Source: an uncultured Verrucomicrobiae bacterium
GTDB taxonomy: Bacteria > Verrucomicrobiota > Verrucomicrobiia > Chthoniobacterales > UBA10450
Assembly: GCA_963756875.1 (NCBI GenBank)
Contig: CAVWPA010000003.1
Location: forward strand, 320,001-384,000
DNA: 64,000 nucleotides
Direction: 5' to 3'
The notes under the pieces were generated by a model. That model saw only the letters and a program-made list of their open reading frames with translations. It ran no database searches and was not told the origin of the DNA. Each line of letters opens with the position of its first letter. Within the stretch, counting starts at the first letter, position 1. Shown here piece after piece: positions 1 through 9,960 of this stretch. A program made the position numbers and the translations under genes.

Positions 1-648
1 ACCATCACCCCGGAGCGGAAACGCAATTTGCGAAACGCCATCACCCAACTCCGCGCGGAGGTCTTCACGCTCAAGAAATACAGCTTTCTTATAGGCGCGA
101 CCGATCCGTACATTGTCATCCCCGGGTCGTTCACGCGCGGAAAAGACGCGGTGAAAACCGGGGATTGCGCGTTGGTTATTTTCGGGGATGGCATTTATCC
201 CGCGATCGTGGGCGATATCGGGCCTAACAACAAAGTGGGCGAAGCCTCGTTTCGTATTGCCAAAGAAATTAATGCATCGGCCACACCGTTCAGTCGGCCG
301 GTCAGCGACCTGAAGGTCACATACCTGATTTTCCCGGGAACAGCCGACAAGCCGTTCGGACCGCCGGATTTGGACAAACTCGACGCGCGCTGCCAGAAAC
401 TGGTGGACGAGATCGGCGGCTCGACTGTGCCGCTGCATCACTGGGAAAATATTATTCCGCCTTCGCCGACCCCCACGCCGACGCCCACACCGAGCCCTTC
501 GCCCTCTCCAACCCCGACCACAACCGCCTCGTCGGTGGAGACGTCGCCTGGCGTGTCTCCGTCGACAACGCCCTCGGCATCGCCGGCAGCAACGTTTGCG
601 TTTCCGCTTGCGAGTCCAACGGCCACGCCGGCCGGCAGCCCGCCCTGA
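1..648 (+). CDS. 5'-truncated glycoside hydrolase family 75 (chitosanase-like) protein with Pro/Thr/Ser-rich C-terminal tail
   Basis: Frame open from base 1. PYIVIP...AIVGDIGP...GEAS...VTYLIFPG resembles the GH75 core. PTPTPTPSPSP tail. Confidence 0.65.
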   Translation, partial: TITPERKRNLRNAITQLRAEVFTLKKYSFLIGATDPYIVIPGSFTRGKDAVKTGDCALVIFGDGIYPAIVGDIGPNNKVGEASFRIAKEINASATPFSRPVSDLKVTYLIFPGTADKPFGPPDLDKLDARCQKLVDEIGGSTVPLHHWENIIPPSPTPTPTPTPSPSPSPTPTTTASSVETSPGVSPSTTPSASPAATFAFPLASPTATPAGSPP

Positions 649-663
649 TCTGGACGACCCCGG

Positions 664-1350
664 TCAGGGCGGCCGAGTTCCGAAGCGGTAGCCGATGCCT
701 GATTCAGTCTTGATTAACGACGGGTTTCCCGGGTCCGGTTCGATCTTTTGTCTCAAGTGCGTAACGTAAACGCGCAGGTATTGGCGATGTTCCTCGGATT
801 TCGGCCCCCAAATCTCGCGCAAAATGTGTCGATGCGTCAAAACGCGGCCGGGATACCGCACAAATAATCGAAGTAAGGCGTACTCGGTCGCCGTCAGTTT
901 GACTTCGTGGCCGCCGCGCGTGACCACGCGCGCCGTAAGATCGACAATGAGATCGCCGCTTTTGAAAACCGAAATCTCCTCTTCGGGTCGAGTTTTCCGT
1001 TGCGCGGCACGCAGGCGAGCGAGCAATTCCGGTGTGCTAAACGGTTTGGTAACATAATCGTCCGCGCCGGCGTCAAGCGCGGCGACTTTTTCCTGCTCGT
1101 CATCGCGCACCGTCAGCACAATCACGGGCGCTTCGCTCCATTCCCGCAATCGTTTAAGCACAGCCAGCCCTTCCATATCGGGCAGTCCAAGATCGAGAAG
1201 AATAACGTCTGGCCGGCGAGTCGCGGTTTCACTCAACCCTTGTTGACCGGTTGCGGCTTCATACACCTGATAGTTCTCGCCCTCGAGGACGACTCGGAGA
1301 AGGCGACGAATTTGGACTTCGTCGTCGACGATCAGAGCAACTGGTTTCAT
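664..1350 (-). CDS. kdpE: KdpE response regulator (OmpR family)
   Basis: Receiver domain (VDDE, LLDLGLPD, ADDYVTKPF), winged helix YLRVYV...GIGYRF. Overlaps the kdpD stop. Confidence 0.95.
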   Translation of the reverse strand: MKPVALIVDDEVQIRRLLRVVLEGENYQVYEAATGQQGLSETATRRPDVILLDLGLPDMEGLAVLKRLREWSEAPVIVLTVRDDEQEKVAALDAGADDYVTKPFSTPELLARLRAAQRKTRPEEEISVFKSGDLIVDLTARVVTRGGHEVKLTATEYALLRLFVRYPGRVLTHRHILREIWGPKSEEHRQYLRVYVTHLRQKIEPDPGNPSLIKTESGIGYRFGTRPP

Positions 1351-3974
1351 GCGGTCGCCTCGTTAGGCAATCGCATTTCTTCGCCAAGCGGAAGCCGGAT
1401 GGAAAACCGCGCGCCGCCGCCTTCCCGATTTTGCGCGACGATTTGACCGGAGTGCACTTCAACAAGTTGTCGGGCGATGGAAAGTCCCAGTCCAAGTCCT
1501 CCCGCCGGCTTGCCCGGTCCGCGATAGAATTTCTCGAAAATCTTGTTTTCTTCGCCCGGTGCGAGGCCCGGGCCATGATCGGCGATTGAAAACACGAGCA
1601 GGGAATCGTCGCGGACGACGCTGGCTTCGATCGGACCAGCCCCGGCTCCATATGCCGCGGCATTTGTTAGCAGCGTGACCAGCGCTTGTTCGATAAGGCG
1701 CGCGTCCACGGAAATCATGGGCAAATCTTTGGCCACGCTTACTGTCACCGCGCCCTCTTTCAATCCGGCGTGTCCGATCGCTTCTCTCAAAAGGCTGGCT
1801 GGCTCGCACCATTCGCGCCCCGGTTTCAATAGGCCGGATTCCAGACGGGTTGCGTCGAGCAAATGGTCGACCGTGCGAGTGAGACGCCTGACAGCTTGTT
1901 GCAACTCGATGCGGTCCGGGAGCGGCTGTTGCAGGGCGACGGACATGGCGGCCAGCGGCGTTTTCAATTCATGCGAAACGGAATCGAAGAGCGCCTTCTG
2001 CAATTTTTGGGACTGACGAGCGACCTGGTTGGCCCGGCTCTCTTCCAGCGCGCGTTCTTTATTAACAAAAAGCGCGAGCTGCGCGGCAAACGCATCGAGC
2101 AACTCGCGTTGCTCGATGGTCGGCGGGTTGGAGAGACGAACGGTGAGGACCCCTTCGGCGCGGTCGCCGGTAACGAGTGGAATGTGCAACGAATCGGCAT
2201 CGGGAAGCGTATCTGTCGATCTTCCGGCGCTCTGTTTTTTTTGAAACGCCCATACGGCAACGCTCTCATCCTTGCTCGAAGGCACAAACGCGCTCGCCGC
2301 ATGGCGGGACAAGCCGCCCTCGTCACGCAGCCAGACTGCTGCATCGGCCTGGAAGGAACTTTTGATCAACGCCAACACTTTTGGCAGCGCTTCATCGAGA
2401 TCACGGCTTGCAGCGAGGGCGCGCGTCAACCGGTATAATGCCGTGGCACGTTCTTCGCGACGGCGTTCCGATTGTTCGCGCTCCCGGAGCTGGCTGGCAA
2501 GATGGCCGATGACAATGGCAATGATGAAATAGGCGCCGAACATCATGAAGTCCTGAAACTGGCTGATGTAAAAAGTGAACCGCGGCGGAATGAAGAGGAA
2601 ATTCCACAGCATGGCGCTGAGCGCGGCCAGAAAGAGTGTGGGCCAGCGGTGTAACCGTGTGGCGGCGAGAACGACAGCAAGCAGATAAAAGAGTGCCACG
2701 GCCCAGTAGCCCGTATAATCGAAGATCGACAGCGAAACCCCGGTCACGGTCGCCGCGATGAGGAGCGCAATCCCGTAGTCCCGCCATGGCACGCGCGCCA
2801 GGCGTTCGTCGATCGTTTCGCGCCGCGGTTGCGCCGACTCCTCCGCGGGGATCATGTGGATATCGATGTTACCGCTATGCTGCATCAGCCAGCGCAGCGG
2901 ATCGCGTTTCCAAAAACTGGTCCAGCGCGTCCCCAGCGGCTTGCCGATGACGATTTGGGTGACGTTATTTTGGCGCGCGACTCGGAGCAGCGCCTCGCCC
3001 ACATCGGTGCCGGGCGTGGAAATGACTTCGGCTCCCAGCTGTCGTGCCAGCGCGAGATAGCGAGTCAAGCGGACCTGTTCCGCTTGTGAAAGCGCTCGCG
3101 GCCCCTCGATGTTTGCCACGATCCACGCGGCTTCCATCGAGGAGGCGAGTCGCCGGGTATAACGAATTAGTCGTTCGGAATAGGGGCTCGCGCTCACCGC
3201 AACCAGCAAACGATCGCCACTTTTCCAGGGGCCGGCGATTTTTTCCTCGGACATGATGTCGCGCAAATCGCGATCGACATGTTCCGCGACCAGGCGCAAC
3301 GCCATTTCGCGTAAGGCGGTGAGATTGCTTTCGCGGAAAAAATTCCGGGCGGCCCATTCCGCGCGTTCGCCGAGATAAACTTTTCCTTCGGCCAGACGGG
3401 CCCGCAGTTCTTCCGGTGTGAGATCAACGAGAACAATTTCATCCGCGAGATCAATGACCGAGTCGGGCACGGTTTCACTGACTGTGACGCCGCTAATCTG
3501 GCGAACCGTATCGCTGCGACTGGCGACATGCTGAACATTGAGCGTCGTGTAGACATCAATTCCGGCATCCAGCAGTTCGAGAACATCCTGGTAACGCTTC
3601 GGATGCCGCGACCCCGGCGCATTGGTGTGCGCAAGCTCGTCGACGACAGCCAGGCCCGGATGCCATGTCAGGATAGCGTCGAGATCCATTTCTGTCAGTG
3701 TTGTCCCTCGATACTCGATCTTCATGCGCGGGATGATCGGCATTCCTTCCAGTAACGCCTCGGTCTCCTTGCGGCCGTGCGTTTCTGCAATGCCGATTAC
3801 AACTTCAGTGCCTTGCGCCTGCGCCTGGCGCGCCGCCTGCAGCATCGCGTAGGTCTTGCCCACGCCGGGCGACATTCCGAAGAAAATCTTCAGCTTGCCG
3901 CGTGCGGACTCCACCTCATCGCGCTTTAACTGCGCCAGAAGTGCATCAGGATCAGGCCGTTCGGCCTCGCTCAT
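1347..3974 (-). CDS. kdpD: KdpD sensor histidine kinase
   Basis: N-terminal RPDPDALL...GKLKIFFGMSPGVGKTYAML, VDELAHTN, USP domain, 4 TM, GAF, SHELKTPL, GLGLGL. Confidence 0.97.
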   Translation of the reverse strand: MSEAERPDPDALLAQLKRDEVESARGKLKIFFGMSPGVGKTYAMLQAARQAQAQGTEVVIGIAETHGRKETEALLEGMPIIPRMKIEYRGTTLTEMDLDAILTWHPGLAVVDELAHTNAPGSRHPKRYQDVLELLDAGIDVYTTLNVQHVASRSDTVRQISGVTVSETVPDSVIDLADEIVLVDLTPEELRARLAEGKVYLGERAEWAARNFFRESNLTALREMALRLVAEHVDRDLRDIMSEEKIAGPWKSGDRLLVAVSASPYSERLIRYTRRLASSMEAAWIVANIEGPRALSQAEQVRLTRYLALARQLGAEVISTPGTDVGEALLRVARQNNVTQIVIGKPLGTRWTSFWKRDPLRWLMQHSGNIDIHMIPAEESAQPRRETIDERLARVPWRDYGIALLIAATVTGVSLSIFDYTGYWAVALFYLLAVVLAATRLHRWPTLFLAALSAMLWNFLFIPPRFTFYISQFQDFMMFGAYFIIAIVIGHLASQLREREQSERRREERATALYRLTRALAASRDLDEALPKVLALIKSSFQADAAVWLRDEGGLSRHAASAFVPSSKDESVAVWAFQKKQSAGRSTDTLPDADSLHIPLVTGDRAEGVLTVRLSNPPTIEQRELLDAFAAQLALFVNKERALEESRANQVARQSQKLQKALFDSVSHELKTPLAAMSVALQQPLPDRIELQQAVRRLTRTVDHLLDATRLESGLLKPGREWCEPASLLREAIGHAGLKEGAVTVSVAKDLPMISVDARLIEQALVTLLTNAAAYGAGAGPIEASVVRDDSLLVFSIADHGPGLAPGEENKIFEKFYRGPGKPAGGLGLGLSIARQLVEVHSGQIVAQNREGGGARFSIRLPLGEEMRLPNEATA

Positions 3975-4010
3975 TCGTGAAGTCTACTCTCTTCCCTGGC
4001 CCGGCGCACC

Positions 4011-4880
4011 TTAGAAGCGATGGCCAAAGCCGATGAAGACGTTGCAGTCGGGCGCGCTGTCGGTCAGGCCGATGTAAGAGTTGATGTCGATCGAGGAGTT
4101 GGCCCCGATTTGGTAGGTAAGCCCAAAGTCCGCGGTGCCGATCCAGGGATGATCGTGGCCGGTGCTCACGGCGTTGTAGAATTCTGCGTAGCCGCTCAAA
4201 TTCCCGACGATCGTGCGCGAAAGGCCGATCGGATTTTGCCATTGCACGCGCATGTCGCTGCTTCCCGGCTCGTCGAGGATGTCGACTCTGGTTTGGCCGA
4301 ACAAGGTGAATCCCCAGGGCAACGAGTAGTTCACCGGCAGACCAAAGCCCGGTTCCCAAACGTGGTTGGCGAAATGATCGGTGTTGGTTGGAATCTTCAG
4401 CGATGAAACTAGACCGATGACTAATTTCCCGCCGTCGTTACCAAGAAAATTGACTTTCAGACGCACCGTTGTGTCGCCAAACCCATCTTGCTCGACCGGT
4501 TTTCCGAAACCGTTGCCGCTCGTGCGCGTGTTGACGTAGAACTGCGGAAACACCTGCAAATCCATCCAGTTGGTGAGCCCGAGCTTGAAATTCGTATTGC
4601 CAATGATCCAGGTGCGGACGCGGACGCGATCGGCTACGTCAGTCGTCCAGTTGGCCACGTCGCTCTCGATTTGGAACACGCCGGCGTCGATTGTATAGGG
4701 ACTGTCGGTATGGCTCGATCGGTCGGTATTGTAGGGACGACGCAGGTCAATCGGCGTGGGATTAAACAAAGTGTATTGCGACTTATCCGGCGGCGGAGTG
4801 GCTTCGGGCGACGACTCGCCATCGGCAAACATGAGACGCGCGCTGGCAAGAATCGCTGCGGAAATCATTGCTCTTTTCAT
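4011..4880 (-). CDS. Putative outer-membrane beta-barrel (Phenol_MetA_deg/'transporter'-like)
   Basis: Signal peptide from ATG 4880 (MKRAMISAAIL...), TDR...SPYTIDAG.FQIE motif, GFGDTTVRLK, alternating beta strands, C-terminal Phe (GFGHRF). Confidence 0.75.
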   Translation of the reverse strand: MKRAMISAAILASARLMFADGESSPEATPPPDKSQYTLFNPTPIDLRRPYNTDRSSHTDSPYTIDAGVFQIESDVANWTTDVADRVRVRTWIIGNTNFKLGLTNWMDLQVFPQFYVNTRTSGNGFGKPVEQDGFGDTTVRLKVNFLGNDGGKLVIGLVSSLKIPTNTDHFANHVWEPGFGLPVNYSLPWGFTLFGQTRVDILDEPGSSDMRVQWQNPIGLSRTIVGNLSGYAEFYNAVSTGHDHPWIGTADFGLTYQIGANSSIDINSYIGLTDSAPDCNVFIGFGHRF

Positions 4881-5196
4881 CGTTGTTTGGGTTTCCAGAG
4901 GGGATTGGGAAGAAACCATGTCCACATCAACTCAAAGTTGATCCCGGAGCCATCGCCGCCGCCATCATCCTCCGGCGCTTGTTCGGTTCCATCGGGTTCG
5001 GGGTGGCGAGCGGTCAGCGCCGTGGACATGCCGGCTCCTGGGCAGGGTGGTAAATCGATGGGCGCATCGATCATCCGCCTCGCGGCGATGCTTCCTGGCA
5101 CGACACCAGGCTGACACGGATCAAAGGAGGCCGAGAACCAGCTGGTCGTGGCTGCGACAAGCCCTTTTGAAGTTGGAGGGCGGAGGCTCATGCGTT

Positions 5197-5796
5197 TTAT
5201 GGGTTTGCCGAACTCTGAGCATTGCCGGCGCCGTTTCCCAACGCATCCAGCGCGAGGTTCAGCTCCAGGACGTTCACGAGTCGATCGGGCGTGAGGAAGC
5301 CGCCCGGTGCGAAGGCATGTTGTCTAATCAATTCTTCGATTTTTGACTGAGGAACGCCGCGCGCGTTTGCCACGCGCGCTGCCTGATACAAGGCCGCGTG
5401 CTCGGTGATGTGCGGGTCGAGTCCGCCGCCGGAAGCTGCGGCCAGCTCTGGCGGCAAAGGTTTCTCAGCGGTCGCACCGTATTGCGCGATTATCGTCTTC
5501 GCACGATCCGTCAGATCGCTACTTGTCGGAGACTTGTTGCTCGCGCCCGCACTGGATGCGTCGTAGCCGTCTTTACCTGCTGCTGATGGTCGTGGCCAGA
5601 AGTAACGCGGCTGGGTGAACTTCTGCGCAATTAAATGGCTGCCGATGATTTTTCCGTCAGCGCTCTTGATCAAGGAACCGTCGGCAGTGTCGGGGCTGAA
5701 AATCCTGGCGACCCCAAAAATCAGCGCCGCATAACCCGCCACGCAGATGAGCATCGTGACGATAACGAGGCGAATGCTGGCAATTAGTGATTTCAT
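5197..5796 (-). CDS. kdpC: K+-transporting ATPase subunit C
   Basis: Single N-terminal TM, GSLI...GSHLIAQKF...YFWPRPSA, ASGGGLDPHIT, VNVLELNLALD. Confidence 0.96.
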   Translation of the reverse strand: MKSLIASIRLVIVTMLICVAGYAALIFGVARIFSPDTADGSLIKSADGKIIGSHLIAQKFTQPRYFWPRPSAAGKDGYDASSAGASNKSPTSSDLTDRAKTIIAQYGATAEKPLPPELAAASGGGLDPHITEHAALYQAARVANARGVPQSKIEELIRQHAFAPGGFLTPDRLVNVLELNLALDALGNGAGNAQSSANP

Positions 5797-5800
5797 ATCT

Positions 5801-7484
5801 TTACCTCATGAATTGCAGATGCTCGGCGATGGGGCCGAGCGCAGCAGCCGGGAAAAATGTGAGCGCGCCGACAAAGAGAATGGTCCCGAACAACATGACA
5901 CCGAAGGTGCCGTCTTCGACACCCAGGGTGCCTGCCGATTCCGCGGTCCGCCGTTTCGCGGCGAGCGACCCGGCGATGGCCAGCGGCAGAATGATGGGAA
6001 TGAAGCGCGCGAGCATCATCACGATGCCAGTGCCAACATTCCACGGAATCGTGTTGTCCCCGAGTCCTTCAAAACCGGAACCGTTGTTCGCGTTCGCTGA
6101 GCTGTACCTCGTAAAGCATTTCACTGAAGCCGTGGGGTCCGGTGTTGTTCAGCGTTTTGGCGCCCCAATCGGGCGTTGCGGCAAAAAGCGCAGTTGGCGC
6201 GAGAACGAAAAGCGCGTGCGCAAAGAGCGCGATCACAGCGAGCTTGACCTCGCGCGACTCGATTCGCCGGCCGAGAAATTCCGGTGTGCGCCCGACCATC
6301 ATTCCGGCCACGAACACCGCGAGGACGATGTAGAGAAACATGTTGATCATACCCACGCCCACGCCGCCAAATGTAGTGTTCAGCCACATGCCGATCATCG
6401 GCATTAGCCCGGTCAGCGGGTTGAGGCTGTCGTGCATCGCGTTGACCGAGCCATTGCTCGTGCATGTAGTCAGCACGGCCCACAATGGACCAGCGGTCGT
6501 GCCGAACCGCAGTTCCTTGCCTTCAAGGTTGCCGACGGTTTGTTCGATCGGCAATTGAACAAAGGCTTCCGTTGGGGCTTGTTCAAACCACACGGCGCCA
6601 CTGATTTTCGCGAGAAGGAATACGAGCATCACACCGAAGACCACTGCTGCATGGCGCATGCGCCCGACAATGCGACCGAACATCCAAACGCACGCCATCG
6701 GGATCAGGATGATCGCAACTGTTGCGAGAATGTTGGTCCAGAAGGTTGGGTTCTCGAAGGGATGCGTGCAGTTGGGCCCGAAGAATCCGCCGCCGTTGGT
6801 ACCGAGTTGTTTAATCGTTAGGAATGCGGCAACCGGCCCGCGCGCAATCGTTTGTTCGATTCCCTCCAGAGTGCTTGCCTTGGCTGCGCCAAGAAATGTC
6901 ATCGGCATGCCACCGAAAACCATCAATGACGCCACGACGATTGCGATTGGCAGGAGCACGAGAAACGTTGCCCGCTGAAGATCGACAAAGAAATTGCCCA
7001 TCTGTTTGCGGCCTGCGAGACCGCGCGCCATGGCCGCAAGCGCCGCGATACCGGTTGCCGCCGAAACGAACTGCAGCCACATCAGCGCGCAAAGCTGCGA
7101 GAGATAACTCATCGTCACTTCGCCGGAGTAGTGCTGAAGGTTCGTGTTGGTAGTGAACGACGCCGCGGTGTTGAAGATGCAATCGAGATTGATCGCCCCC
7201 TTTCCGTCTGGGTTGAGAGGCAGGTGCTGTTGAAATGCCATGAACCCGAAGCTGACTGCAAACATCAGCACGTTGAACACGAGCATCGAGATGACGTATT
7301 GTTTCCAGCCCTGCTGCTCAGCGCAGAAGCGTCCGCCGAAGAAATGAAACAGCCGATCGAATTTTTTTGCGCCCAGGCTGCGAGACAAATCCGGATCCAT
7401 GGCCCATTTCATGTAGCGTCCAAGCGGCCAGGAGAGAATGGCGGTGCCGCCAACAATGACTGCGATAAAGAGAATTGCGTTCAT
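5801..7484 (-). CDS. kdpA: K+-transporting ATPase subunit A, split by a +1 frameshift near 6107-6108 (sequencing error or pseudogene)
   Basis: SFTTNTNLQHYSGE, KQLGTNGGGFF, EGKELRFG, TSNGSVN, MVGRTPEFLG in ORF 6069-7484. SSANANNGSGFEG and the last TMs are in ORF 5801-6124. Confidence 0.95.
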
Positions 7485-7494
7485 AAGATCGACA

Positions 7495-7575
7495 TCAGTC
7501 CTCCCAGCGGCCGATCGCTTCGGTCAAAGCGAACAGGAGCGCGAAAATGATGAGACCGAGAATGAAGTAAATCAT
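7495..7575 (-). CDS. 26-aa hydrophobic membrane peptide between kdpB and kdpA (MIYFILGLIIFALLFALTEAIGRWED)
   Basis: Hand-translated. ATG 12 nt after the kdpB stop, TGA 10 nt before the kdpA ATG. Single TM. Confidence 0.65.
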   Translation of the reverse strand: MIYFILGLIIFALLFALTEAIGRWED

Positions 7576-7587
7576 GGGTTTGGTCGG

Positions 7588-9648
7588 TTAAATGAGGTGC
7601 AAAACTGTGATGATCATGTCGATGAACTTGATTCCAACGAAGGGAGCGATAACGCCGCCGACGCCATAGATGAGCAGGTTGCGACGCAAGATCGCCGCTG
7701 CACCGATTGGCCGGTAAGCGATACCGCGCAATGCGAGTGGAATCAGCGCAATAATGATTAGCGCGTTGAAGATTACCGCACTCAAAATGGCCGACTCCGG
7801 CGAATGCAGGTGCATGATGTCTAGCGCGGCGAGCGGACCTCGCTGTCCCGCCGTCGCCACGTAGGTCGCGGCGAACATCGCCGGCAGAATTGCGAAATAT
7901 TTTGCGACATCATTGGCCAGACTGAACGTGGTCAGTGCGCCGCGCGTCATGATGAGCTGCTTCCCAATCTCGACGATGTCGATCAACTTCGTTGGATTGC
8001 TGTCGAGATCGACCATGTTGCCGGCCTCGCGCGCCGCTTGCGTGCCTGTGTTCATTGCGACGCCCACGTCAGCCTGAGCAAGCGCCGGCGCGTCGTTTGT
8101 TCCGTCACCGGTCATGGCGATTAAACGACCCTCGGCTTGTTCAGCGCGAATCCGCTTGAGTTTGTCTTCCGGCGTCGCTTGCGCCATGAAATCGTCCACG
8201 CCAGATTCAGCGGCGATGGCAGCCGCCGTGAGCGGATTATCACCCGTAATCATGATGGTGCGAATGCCCATCTTGCGCAGATGCGCGAAGCGGTCCTTGA
8301 TCCCGCCTTTCACGATATCTTTTAGTTCAATCACGCCGAGCGTCATCATGTCGGATGCGACTACGAGCGGCGTCCCCCCACGTCGCGAGATTTCATCGAC
8401 AATTTTCGTAACCGCCTGCGGAAAGGCCCCGCCGCTGGATTCAACAAACGTGCGGATCGCTTCCGCCGCGCCTTTCCGAATGCGAATGGTTGGGGCCGCG
8501 CCGTTCTTGCGGAGGTCGATTCCGCTCATTCTTGTTTGCGCGGTGAACGGAATGAATGTCGCCTCCAGCTCGTGCATATCACGCGCGCGCAGTCCAAATT
8601 TTTCCTTCGCAAGCACAACAATGCTCCGGCCTTCAGGTGTTTCGTCGGCTAACGAACTGAGTTGCGCGGAAGCAGCCAGATCGGATTCGGCGGTTCCCGG
8701 CGCAATGTGAAACGCCACGGCCATGCGATTGCCAAGCGTGATTGTTCCTGTTTTGTCGAGAAGCAGGACGTCGACGTCGCCGGAGGCTTCGACAGCACGT
8801 CCGCTCATTGCCAGAACATTGCGCTGCAACACACGGTCCATCCCGGCGATACCGATGGCGCTCAGCAATCCGCCAATTGTGGTCGGAATTAAGCAGACGA
8901 GCAGCGCAACGAGAACCGGCACTGTAAAAACGGCCGAGGCATAGATGCCGAAAGGCTTCAATGTTACGCAAACAAGCAGAAAGATCAGTGTCAGCGCGGC
9001 GAGTAAAATCGTTAGCGCAATCTCGTTGGGCGTTTTCTGACGTTGGGCGCCTTCAACAAGCGCAATCATTCGCTCGAGAAAGCCCTGGCCTTTTTCCATC
9101 GTCACACGAATCACGATCCGGTCGCTCAAGACGCGCGTGCCGCCCGTGACGGCGCTGCGGTCGCCACCGCTTTCGCGGATGACTGGCGCCGATTCACCGG
9201 TGATGGCGGCTTCATCCACGCTGGCGATTCCTTCGATCACATCGCCGTCCGCCGGAATGATGTCGCCTGTTTCACAAACGACGACGTCGCCCTTCTGCAA
9301 CATCGGCGCGGGGATTTGTTGTTCACGTCCGTCCCTGAGAACGCGCGCCATCGTTTCTTTGCGCGAGCGGCGCAGAGCGGCAGCCTGCGCTTTGCCTCTT
9401 CCTTCAGCTACAGCCTCGGCAAAATTGGCAAACAACACGGTAAACCAGAGCCAAACCGCGAGATTCGCAACAAATCCGCGCTCGCCGGTTGACGTGAAAA
9501 TGCCGATCGTGGTCAAAATCGCCCCCACCATGGTGACAAACATCACCGGATTCCTAATCATCAACCGCGGATTCAATTTCTTGAATGCGTCGAAGACAGC
9601 GGGCCCAACGATTGTCCAATCGAAAAGCGAACGAGGCTTTTGGCTCAT
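7588..9648 (-). CDS. kdpB: K+-transporting ATPase subunit B
   Basis: [46 protein letters not shown]. Confidence 0.98.
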   Translation of the reverse strand: MSQKPRSLFDWTIVGPAVFDAFKKLNPRLMIRNPVMFVTMVGAILTTIGIFTSTGERGFVANLAVWLWFTVLFANFAEAVAEGRGKAQAAALRRSRKETMARVLRDGREQQIPAPMLQKGDVVVCETGDIIPADGDVIEGIASVDEAAITGESAPVIRESGGDRSAVTGGTRVLSDRIVIRVTMEKGQGFLERMIALVEGAQRQKTPNEIALTILLAALTLIFLLVCVTLKPFGIYASAVFTVPVLVALLVCLIPTTIGGLLSAIGIAGMDRVLQRNVLAMSGRAVEASGDVDVLLLDKTGTITLGNRMAVAFHIAPGTAESDLAASAQLSSLADETPEGRSIVVLAKEKFGLRARDMHELEATFIPFTAQTRMSGIDLRKNGAAPTIRIRKGAAEAIRTFVESSGGAFPQAVTKIVDEISRRGGTPLVVASDMMTLGVIELKDIVKGGIKDRFAHLRKMGIRTIMITGDNPLTAAAIAAESGVDDFMAQATPEDKLKRIRAEQAEGRLIAMTGDGTNDAPALAQADVGVAMNTGTQAAREAGNMVDLDSNPTKLIDIVEIGKQLIMTRGALTTFSLANDVAKYFAILPAMFAATYVATAGQRGPLAALDIMHLHSPESAILSAVIFNALIIIALIPLALRGIAYRPIGAAAILRRNLLIYGVGGVIAPFVGIKFIDMIITVLHLI

Positions 9649-9657
9649 ATGTGCAGG

Positions 9658-9741
9658 TCAAAATTTTTCCGGTCGGATAATCGCCACGAGCAGGTAGACA
9701 AAAAGCAACAGCGAGATGATGCCGACGATGATTGTTTCCAT
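9658..9741 (-). CDS. kdpF: KdpF small subunit (METIIVGIISLLLFVYLLVAIIRPEKF)
   Basis: Hand-translated 27-aa ORF ending in the diagnostic YLL.A..RPEKF motif, directly upstream of kdpB. Confidence 0.92.
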   Translation of the reverse strand: METIIVGIISLLLFVYLLVAIIRPEKF

Positions 9742-9745
9742 ACGC

Positions 9746-9829
9746 TTAAAGCTTGTCGCAGAAGCGGACGTAAAGAGCGCTGATGAGAAAAAAGGCGACG
9801 ACAATTCCGGAGAAGATCAGGTCGCTCAT
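9746..9829 (-). CDS. 27-aa membrane peptide upstream of kdpF (MSDLIFSGIVVAFFLISALYVRFCDKL)
   Basis: Hand-translated. Single TM, stop 4 nt before the kdpF ATG. Confidence 0.7.
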   Translation of the reverse strand: MSDLIFSGIVVAFFLISALYVRFCDKL

Positions 9830-9887
9830 GACAACCGGAAGATGACGCCCTTGCGGGAAAGGCGTTAATTAAATTGGCGCCTCAGGC

Positions 9888-9906
9888 CATTAAGAAATCG
9901 TTAAAG
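9888..9906 (-). promoter_or_regulatory. Putative KdpE-binding direct repeat
   Basis: Minus strand CTTTAACGATTTCTTAATG: two (T/C)TTAA half-sites 11 bp apart, about 60 bp upstream of the first kdp gene, resembling the AT-rich KdpE box. Confidence 0.45.
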
Positions 9907-9960
9907 TCCCTTTGCAGAGATCGCTCTTTCCCTTGTGGGTGACGACGATTGGCGCGCCCG

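Noticed and set aside
460..640. ACGCCG/CCGAC-type repeats at the end of the first ORF
   Set aside because: Explained by the Pro/Thr/Ser linker codons. Not CRISPR or a mobile repeat.
4877..5191. 104-aa ORF between kdpC and the beta-barrel gene
   Set aside because: It fits the gap and orientation, but has no recognisable motif and low-complexity composition. Cannot be supported as a gene.
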